From a virus (Duplodnaviria; Caudoviricetes), in the IMG/VR virus record IMGVR_UViG_3300044638_000670, positions 1 through 27,335 of that record: DNA of 27,335 bases. One strand, 5' to 3'. The translations under genes were made by a program, and so were the position numbers. Below the pieces are notes generated by a model that was not told the DNA's origin, ran no database searches, and saw nothing but the letters and a program-made list of their open reading frames with translations. Shown piece after piece: positions 7,528-15,088 of this stretch (its first letter is position 1; each line of letters starts with the position of its first letter).

Positions 7528-8904
7528 ATGATTGGTCCGGTAAGCGAAACTGGTAAGACGATGCTCTCTTCGCTCCAAGGAGCGATGGCTAAGGGTATGC
7601 CCGTTGATCAGGCAATCACCTACGTTAAGAGCATGGCGCAGCAGGGTGTCGCCCCGCTGGTTGATCTCTATGCGTTGCTAAAACAATTTGAGCGAATGAA
7701 GCAGCCTCCGACTCAAGCTCCGCAAGGTGGCAACCTTAAAGATCAACTTAACAATCTTGAGTCTTCGCTTGTCGGTGGACTTGGCGGGATGCCGCCGCGT
7801 GCTATGCCTCCTTCACCGGAGATGCCTCCTGAAATGCAGGGTCTTGCTTCGTTAGATGCGGGGGCAATGGAGAATCCGCAAGGCTTCAACATGGGCGGTA
7901 TCGTGGCTTTTGCAGAGGGCGGTCAGCCGGAAGCACCGAAGTCCATCACGCCCCAACTGTATACGCTGCCTAAGTCGTATGAAGAGTTAGCTCAACAAGC
8001 GATGCGTGAGCAGATGGCGCTTGAGACTGCGGAAGGACGCGCTGCATTCTTGGCTAAACGTGATGCGGAACTCAAAGAAGCGGGGCTTGGTCAGTATGCT
8101 AAGTCTCTTGAAATGCGTGATGAATTGGCTAAAGAAGCTGAGCAACGAGCCGGGTTACTGCCCGGTGAAGAAGCTGCGCTCAACGAAGAATCGTTCTGGG
8201 CAGACGTAGCCGGTTCTGATGCAGGTGATCTCGTGTCTGCTATGGCTAAGAGTAAGGCCAAGGCAGTTGAGCGTAAACGCGCCAGCCGTGAGAAAGTTCA
8301 GGCCGCCAAGGAGAAGGCAGCGGAAGAGAAAGTTCTGCGCCAAGAAGCCCGCGAAGCTCTTAAGCAGGGTGATATGGAGTCTTACAAGACGAAGCTTGCG
8401 GCTGCGAATACGCTGCGGGATACAAAAATTACCGATTACGTTAAGGCTGTTGAGGGTGACAAAGACCGAGAAGACGCAGCGGCAAGGGCACGGGAATTGG
8501 CTCGGATTCAGAAGGACTCGCCGTTGGCTCGGGCGCAAGAAGCGTTGCGTACTACTCCGATGTACTTGGAGAACGGTGAGCCGAACCCGACTTATGGTGA
8601 GATTCGCCGTCTCATAAGCGATATGAATGCAGGTCGTGGCGGTGCAGGGAATCGGTCACAGATAAGTTACTATCAAAATATCTATAGAAACGCGACCACT
8701 GCGCTAAGAAAGGCTCAAGAGGCTGATGCTGTATCTGGTACGGCTGAGACTAGAGCAGCACTCCGAGCAGCACAGGCTGCTGAAGCCAAAGCACGACGAG
8801 ACTATGAAGCAGCCTCATTGGGACAGGACTTTGATACTATGGGAGGAGAGACGGGGGATATGGGATCTGCTGAACTTCCGCCCGGCTTCAACCTCGACCA
8901 ATAG
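7528..8904 (+). CDS. Putative internal virion/ejection protein, coiled-coil
   Basis: 458 aa, A/E/K-rich helical. It shares the GLASL and MGGIVAFAEGG motifs with the 1093-aa protein and ends in LPPGFNLDQ. Confidence 0.55.
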   Translation: MIGPVSETGKTMLSSLQGAMAKGMPVDQAITYVKSMAQQGVAPLVDLYALLKQFERMKQPPTQAPQGGNLKDQLNNLESSLVGGLGGMPPRAMPPSPEMPPEMQGLASLDAGAMENPQGFNMGGIVAFAEGGQPEAPKSITPQLYTLPKSYEELAQQAMREQMALETAEGRAAFLAKRDAELKEAGLGQYAKSLEMRDELAKEAEQRAGLLPGEEAALNEESFWADVAGSDAGDLVSAMAKSKAKAVERKRASREKVQAAKEKAAEEKVLRQEAREALKQGDMESYKTKLAAANTLRDTKITDYVKAVEGDKDREDAAARARELARIQKDSPLARAQEALRTTPMYLENGEPNPTYGEIRRLISDMNAGRGGAGNRSQISYYQNIYRNATTALRKAQEADAVSGTAETRAALRAAQAAEAKARRDYEAASLGQDFDTMGGETGDMGSAELPPGFNLDQ

Positions 8905-8912
8905 TATCTAAA

Positions 8913-11900
8913 ATGGCCCTGCAAACTGCGACTAATCCAAAAACGGGTGAGCGCATTGCACTGATCAATGGTCGGTGGGTGCCGTTTACTCAGACCGCCA
9001 CAAACCCCCAAACTGGGCAAAAAGCCTTTTTGGTTAATGGTCAGTGGGTCGTAGCAGAAGGCCAAGCCGCCGCTTCGCCTCAACCCGAAACCACTTCCAA
9101 CCCGTTCATGGGCGCATTGGGTCGTGGTGCAGAACTTCTTGGATCAGGTATTGAACTTGCGGCCCGTGCTGGTGAATCCATCGGTGACTTCATCGCTGAG
9201 AAGGCTCCTGTCCTTGATACTCGCGTTGTTGCAGATAAAGAAGGCGTGCGTGTAGAGCGTCCGTCTCTGGAAGAAGTTCGCAAAGAAAATCAGATGCAGT
9301 ACATGTTCGACTGGGCAAACAGTCTGCGCGAGTGGGGCCGAGAGATTAATTACGAGCCAAGTACAAAACTCGGTGACTTGGCTGACAACCCACTGACTGC
9401 CGTACCGTTCATCGTTGAGCGCGTGATTACGTCTGCTCCGGACATGGCTGCGGCTGTAACTGTACCGCTTCCGTACATTGCCACACGATCTAACGAGATC
9501 CTGAATGAGCGTCTGGCTAATGACAACAAAACGCTAGACGAAGCAACCGTTGCTGACGTAGCTGCCGCTACTGGCGCGGCCATCGTTGAAGGAAGTCTTG
9601 AGCGATTTGCTACAGGACGCTTGTTGAAGAAGGGTGCGGAAGCCGCTACCCGTGCTGGTCGTATTGGTAAAGAAGCCGGGGTTCAGGCAGGTACTGAAGC
9701 CACCGAAGAAACTGCTGCTTATGCAGGTGCCACTGCGGGTACCGAGGCAGGGTTTGATCCTCGCACTGCGGGACTTACTGCGCTTGAAGCGGCCATCGTT
9801 GGCGGCGGTCTCGGTGCCGGTGTACAGGGCGTTCGTGAGTTGGTTAGGCCGGGAGAGACTCCGCCTGAAGTACCGCCTGTTGCGCCTGCCGCTACAACTG
9901 TCACGCCCCCAACTGCGCCTACTCCTCCCCCGGCAGCGGCCGCTGTACCTGCGTCGAAGGATGAACTGCTTGATGCTCCGCCTAAAGTGGCAGCTGAAGA
10001 CGCGCCTGAGAACGTTCGTTATGAAGTGACGACGCTGAACAACGAACAAATCAACGATGAAATCGACAAGTTAGAGGACACTCAAGAGCAGCTTGCAGAA
10101 CTCCTCTTTAACCCGCAGCAAATTGAACTACAGGCTGCACTCGCTCGTATTCCGCTAGACGTATACCGCAACAACTTACAGAATGAATTTGATCGAACTA
10201 CTACAAAGATTGACGTTTTTTACAAACATCTGAATGGCACGTTGCCGCCCGTTAAGCCTACGATTACGCAGGACCAAGTGACGGCAGCGGGGGTTTCACC
10301 TGACGTTGCCAAAGCTCTAAATGTACAGCCCACTGTCACTCCTACTACCCCTGTCCAGCCGGGTGTCTCTGATGCAGCCGCAACAACAGCACCGCCAATT
10401 ACTCAGCCGCCTGTCGGTGGAACAGTTGGAAGAGGCGCTAATGTGCCTCCATCTGGACTTACTACCCAAAGACAAATTGCTCCGGAAACTCCCGTCGCAG
10501 GACTGGAACCTCCTGCACGAACTCCTAGTGATGTTGTTCCGGGAGAAGGAGCAGTCGAGCCTGCACTAGAACCCGTTGCCGATACGAACAGCGAAGGCCG
10601 CCCCATTTTTATGGGAGGCGAAGGTCTTGAAGAAGTAGGTAAACCAACCAAAAGTACCGAAGAAGGTTTGGCTAATTTCAAGCGTTGGTTTGGACGCAGT
10701 AAAGTTAAAGATAGTCAGAACCGTCCGATTGTTTACTACCACGGGTCTCCGGCAGGGGACATTGAGCAGTTTCGTCGTGGTAGAGCAGCGGCTATTTTTG
10801 CGTCACCTGACCCAACTGTTGCTGAAAGTTTTACTTATAGCACCCGCGTTAAAAATGCTGGACCAACATATCCTGTCTACATCAAGGCAGACAATCCGTT
10901 TGATTACCAGAACCCGCAACAGGTTGATGCACTTGTAGCCGAGTACAACAAACAGCCTCCCGGCGTGAAAGAAGCCATCGTCGGCAATTTCTTTTTAGGA
11001 GATGTCGCCTTATCTACGCCTGAGTTTAGACGTTTGGTTGAAGAAGGATCTTGGCCGGTCATTGAATCTCGTCCTGTTCAACGCCTCATCAAAAATCTTG
11101 GGCATGACGGGTTCTTTGTAAAAGAGTTTAATACTAAGAACCTTGCCGTATATGACCCGAACCAGATCAAGTCTGCGGTAGGCAACGTAGGCACGTTCCG
11201 TCGTGAATCCGGTCGTATTCTGGAGCAGCGTCGTCCCCGCACGGCTGAAGAGGCTGAGCGACGGGAGTTTGAAGATTTTTTTGCGGGGGAAACAGATCTT
11301 ATCTATAGCACCCGCTCGTATGAGGCTGAACCTAAGCCCGATGGTCCGTTTACGGGTGCCAAGAGCAACGTAGTCGCATCTGAGAGCGTTGATCCGCGCT
11401 TTGAGAAGTTACTGTCGGGCTTGATGAAAACGCTCGGCATGGGGGATGTGCGGATATTTTTGGCGGCGAAAAAAGATATGCTGCCGCTTGGAGCGTCGTA
11501 TGCAGAGGCGATGGAAAAAGCCAAGATCCAGTATGGCATGTCAAATGACTATGCTATTAACGGGCTTTTACCTGACCTGCGTGCTAAAGAAACGGTAGGT
11601 ATTTCTGCACAGTGGGGTAACACTAGAGATTTTATTATTGTTTACGACTCTTCTAGAACAATAGAACAGAACATCGAGACGATTGCTCATGAATTAGGGC
11701 ACGTTGTACAAATCACTGCTTATAACAATGCTTCAAGTGACGTTAAGGCAGCAATCCAAGAAGAGTACGAAAAGTGGCTTAAAGTTAATAAAGGTAAGAC
11801 CGCACGAGATATTGTTCGGGCTACGCGCAATCGGGTATCAGCAGACGAAAGAACTGTTATTTTTAGGATAGCCCCCGGAGCTAAATTCTCGGGTGAGGAT

Positions 11901-14888
11901 CTTGAGTACTGGACTTCGTTCAGTGAGTGGTTTGCTGACAACGTATCTAAGTGGGCGACGACTAATAAGAAGCCCATGACTGTCGTGCAGAAGTTCTTTG
12001 CCGACATCGCTCGTAAGATCCGTAAGATTGTCTCCGAGCTAACCGGTAACAAATTTGTTCCGAACAAGGCCGTGGCTGACTTCTTGGACAAGATGGGTCC
12101 GGAAGATATCTCTGCATGGCTCAAGTCCGACACGATGCCGGGGATGCGTACCAACTACATGCTGAATGCGGTTGGTAACAGGGTTAAGAATCTGCCTAGC
12201 TTGACCCGCAACGTCTACGAAGCGGTACGCAACATACTCGACTCGACCCGCATTACCGACAATATGCGCTCGGGTATCTATGCGTTCCTGTCTCTGCCTC
12301 AGCAGGTACAGTTATTTGCGAAGGAACTACCGAAGCTCCGTGATTTACTCAACGTAGTCAACGTACGGGCAAGTTCGCTCAAGGATCGCAAGGAAGTTCT
12401 GGATAGAAATGTTCGTAAGTGGAACGACGTTATCAGCGGCAAGACTCGGAAGATGCGGGACGATTTCTACCGTATCGCGCACGAATCCACGCGCTTGGTG
12501 GGTGCTGATGGCCGCATGGGTATCGACTTCAATGACCCGGCTGAGGCAAACAATCCGCTTACCAAGGAGTTTAACGCCCTGCCTGCTGACCTGAAGAAGG
12601 TCTACTTTGAGATGTTGCAGAGTTACAAGGACATGTCGGATGAGTACTTAAAGCTCATCTCAAAGAACCTGTCCAAGCGTGCGGCACGTAAACTTGAGCG
12701 GCAGATGGCGCAGAAGCGCCTGAAGGTCTACTTACCCTTGTTCCGTGAGGGTGACTACTGGCTGCGCTACCAAGACCAGAATAACGAAACCGTGGTTATG
12801 TCGTTCAAGTCTAACCGCGAACGTGAGATGGCTATCAAGGAGGCACTTGCGGCGGGTATTCCTCGAACTGCTATGCAAGAGTTTGCTCGTGTTGAAGGTG
12901 CGTTTCAACAAGCCGGTGGTGGGCCTTTCTTCTTTGGTATTCTGGATGAGTTGGATAAGCGGGGCGCTCCGCAAGCGACTAAACGCGCCTTGTTTGAAAT
13001 GTATTTGGATTTAATTCCTGCTCAGTCGGTGCGACAGCAGTACCGTACCCGTGATGGGTACAAGGGTTATGAGTCTGATCTAATGAATGTTTACGCCACG
13101 GTTGCATCCCGTATGGCGAATCAACTTACCAATCTGGAATACATACCTGAGATTGACAAGGTATACAGCGAGATTGAGCAGGAGGCTAAGACTGCCGCTG
13201 CCCAGTCCAAAAACCTTGCAATCAACAAGTTGATGCAGAACCTAGAGTTGCAGATGGATTACCTTCGTGATCCTGCCAACAGCCCTCTGGTTAACACGCT
13301 CTCCTCGTTTAGTTACTACTGGTACATCATTGGTAACGTCTCGACGGCCTTGATCAACCTGACGCAGTTGCCGATGGTGGTCTACCCGATGCTTGCCGGT
13401 AAGTACGGCAACGTGGATGCCACGAAAGCGATGGCTGACGCCCAGAAACAATATATGAAGGGCGGTTGGGATAACGACAACATCCCCGGCGGGGCGAAGC
13501 GGTTCCCGTCTGACTTCTCGTTTGGTATCGGCCTACCGGCTAATTCTCCGCTGAAGAAGTTGTACGACGCTGCTGTACGGCAGAGTGCGATCCGTCGCTC
13601 GACGGGGTATGACGTTATCGAAGGCAGGAAACAGAACTACGGGATGGGGGATTACATCGGTCTAAAGGCTAAGACCGAGCAGGTGCTAGGTTGGGTATTC
13701 CAAAACTCTGAGCGTTACAACCGTGAAATCACGTTGATTGCAGCGTTCAACCTAGAGATGAAGAAGAATGGTGGCAAGGTAGACGAAGCTATCAACACCG
13801 CTATCGACTTCATTAATGATACTCACGGTACAACCCTGACCGAGACTTCGCCGCGAGTATTTCAGAGCGGGTTTGGTAAGGTGGCGTTCACCTTCAAGAA
13901 CTTCGCCCAGACGATGATTTACCTGCAAGCCAAGTTGTTGCGCGATGCAGTCAAGGGCGAGACTCGGGAAGTTCAGAAACTTGCTGCCAAGCAGTTCTTG
14001 GGTATCTCCGCGATGGCCTTCACGTTTGCGGGTATTCAGGGAATGCCGTTCTTCGGGGCCGGGACCGTGATGGCCGACATACTGCATGACATTCTTGGCG
14101 ACGAAGATGAGCCGTGGAGTGCAGCGGCAGCCGTGCGTGGTTCGGTGAATTCGATTGCTAATAAGGGTCCGGTCAACGAACTACTGATGGCTGATATCGC
14201 CTCCCGTACAGGCTTTGCCAACTTACTGTGGAAAGACGATGACAAGCGTATTGAAGAAGTAGGCCCGATTCTGTTCGCAATGGAGCAGATCTTCGGTCCG
14301 TCCTACGCTGCGGCTATGGGCATATTCAGAGGATATAAGGATTACAAGGAAGGTCATTACGACCGTGCGGTTGAGGCGGTAACGCCGTCGTTCATTCGGA
14401 ACAACTTGAAAACGTACCGGTACTACACGGAAGGTGCGCTGACTAGAGATAAGAAGGTTCTATACGATGACTTCAACAAGTATGAACTGTTTATGCAGTC
14501 TCTTGGCTTTACGCCTGTTGAAGTAGCGCGTCGTTCAGAACTCGCCGGAGACAAGGCGAAGAAGATTAATGACTTGGAGAATCGGAAGAAGGCTCTCCTC
14601 GATAGGATGTACTTGGCTCGTATTAGCGAAGACGATGAGGGCAAGAAAGAAGCCAAGGCTGCGATTGATAAGTTCAACGAGAACGAGACTGTCAAGCAAT
14701 ACGGTATGCGTATCACGCCAGAAAGCATCATTAGTTCTTACAATACGCGGCGTAGTCGCGGTGCTCAGTCCACGTTCGGTATCTACTCGCCGCCGAAGAT
14801 GCGTCCTGCCTTGAGCAAGGAGTTTGAAGAACCGCCCCCGCCGATACTCAAGCGGATGTTTGGCAAGGAAGAAGAGAAGAAAGACTAA
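8913..14888 (+). CDS. Large polyvalent internal virion protein (ART-PolyVal-like domain, zincin metallopeptidase, PLxRFG-like domain)
   Basis: 1991 aa. ART-PolyVal-like region at ~10677-11198 (FKRWFG.SKV.D...PIVYYHGS...PVYIKADNPFD...GHDG...AVYDPNQIKSAVGNVGTF). HELGH at 11688-11702 with downstream SEWFAD. YLPLFREGDYW at ~12729-12761. Helical/hydrophobic C-terminal region. Confidence 0.75.
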   Translation: MALQTATNPKTGERIALINGRWVPFTQTATNPQTGQKAFLVNGQWVVAEGQAAASPQPETTSNPFMGALGRGAELLGSGIELAARAGESIGDFIAEKAPVLDTRVVADKEGVRVERPSLEEVRKENQMQYMFDWANSLREWGREINYEPSTKLGDLADNPLTAVPFIVERVITSAPDMAAAVTVPLPYIATRSNEILNERLANDNKTLDEATVADVAAATGAAIVEGSLERFATGRLLKKGAEAATRAGRIGKEAGVQAGTEATEETAAYAGATAGTEAGFDPRTAGLTALEAAIVGGGLGAGVQGVRELVRPGETPPEVPPVAPAATTVTPPTAPTPPPAAAAVPASKDELLDAPPKVAAEDAPENVRYEVTTLNNEQINDEIDKLEDTQEQLAELLFNPQQIELQAALARIPLDVYRNNLQNEFDRTTTKIDVFYKHLNGTLPPVKPTITQDQVTAAGVSPDVAKALNVQPTVTPTTPVQPGVSDAAATTAPPITQPPVGGTVGRGANVPPSGLTTQRQIAPETPVAGLEPPARTPSDVVPGEGAVEPALEPVADTNSEGRPIFMGGEGLEEVGKPTKSTEEGLANFKRWFGRSKVKDSQNRPIVYYHGSPAGDIEQFRRGRAAAIFASPDPTVAESFTYSTRVKNAGPTYPVYIKADNPFDYQNPQQVDALVAEYNKQPPGVKEAIVGNFFLGDVALSTPEFRRLVEEGSWPVIESRPVQRLIKNLGHDGFFVKEFNTKNLAVYDPNQIKSAVGNVGTFRRESGRILEQRRPRTAEEAERREFEDFFAGETDLIYSTRSYEAEPKPDGPFTGAKSNVVASESVDPRFEKLLSGLMKTLGMGDVRIFLAAKKDMLPLGASYAEAMEKAKIQYGMSNDYAINGLLPDLRAKETVGISAQWGNTRDFIIVYDSSRTIEQNIETIAHELGHVVQITAYNNASSDVKAAIQEEYEKWLKVNKGKTARDIVRATRNRVSADERTVIFRIAPGAKFSGEDLEYWTSFSEWFADNVSKWATTNKKPMTVVQKFFADIARKIRKIVSELTGNKFVPNKAVADFLDKMGPEDISAWLKSDTMPGMRTNYMLNAVGNRVKNLPSLTRNVYEAVRNILDSTRITDNMRSGIYAFLSLPQQVQLFAKELPKLRDLLNVVNVRASSLKDRKEVLDRNVRKWNDVISGKTRKMRDDFYRIAHESTRLVGADGRMGIDFNDPAEANNPLTKEFNALPADLKKVYFEMLQSYKDMSDEYLKLISKNLSKRAARKLERQMAQKRLKVYLPLFREGDYWLRYQDQNNETVVMSFKSNREREMAIKEALAAGIPRTAMQEFARVEGAFQQAGGGPFFFGILDELDKRGAPQATKRALFEMYLDLIPAQSVRQQYRTRDGYKGYESDLMNVYATVASRMANQLTNLEYIPEIDKVYSEIEQEAKTAAAQSKNLAINKLMQNLELQMDYLRDPANSPLVNTLSSFSYYWYIIGNVSTALINLTQLPMVVYPMLAGKYGNVDATKAMADAQKQYMKGGWDNDNIPGGAKRFPSDFSFGIGLPANSPLKKLYDAAVRQSAIRRSTGYDVIEGRKQNYGMGDYIGLKAKTEQVLGWVFQNSERYNREITLIAAFNLEMKKNGGKVDEAINTAIDFINDTHGTTLTETSPRVFQSGFGKVAFTFKNFAQTMIYLQAKLLRDAVKGETREVQKLAAKQFLGISAMAFTFAGIQGMPFFGAGTVMADILHDILGDEDEPWSAAAAVRGSVNSIANKGPVNELLMADIASRTGFANLLWKDDDKRIEEVGPILFAMEQIFGPSYAAAMGIFRGYKDYKEGHYDRAVEAVTPSFIRNNLKTYRYYTEGALTRDKKVLYDDFNKYELFMQSLGFTPVEVARRSELAGDKAKKINDLENRKKALLDRMYLARISEDDEGKKEAKAAIDKFNENETVKQYGMRITPESIISSYNTRRSRGAQSTFGIYSPPKMRPALSKEFEEPPPPILKRMFGKEEEKKD

Positions 14889-15088
14889 GCGGTACGCCAG
14901 ACCCGAACGCCGAGGTGTCCTTCCTTGGACGAGGCGTAAGCCTTCACTCGTACTTGAGCGGCCTTGGCTCGGCAGTCTATCACGTACAGCATTTCTGGAA
15001 TCTTCAGCGTGGGGATAAAAAAACTATCCCCAACCGCCATACCCTCAAAGGGGAAGATCCACTCAGGCTCCACTACCTTTATTGTCAT
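14885..15088 (-). CDS. Small conserved phage protein (FPF..M.VGDSFFIP...GVRVWR family), putative DNA-binding
   Basis: 67 aa with a recognisable pair of phage motifs. It overlaps the 3' end of the primase-helicase gene. Confidence 0.75.
   Translation of the reverse strand: MTIKVVEPEWIFPFEGMAVGDSFFIPTLKIPEMLYVIDCRAKAAQVRVKAYASSKEGHLGVRVWRTA

Noticed and set aside
8913-14888. Virion RNA polymerase (N4/crAss-like) or tape measure protein
   Set aside because: No recognisable RNAP catalytic motifs (DxDGD or T7-type motifs) and no tape-measure repeats were seen; polyvalent-protein motifs explain it better.
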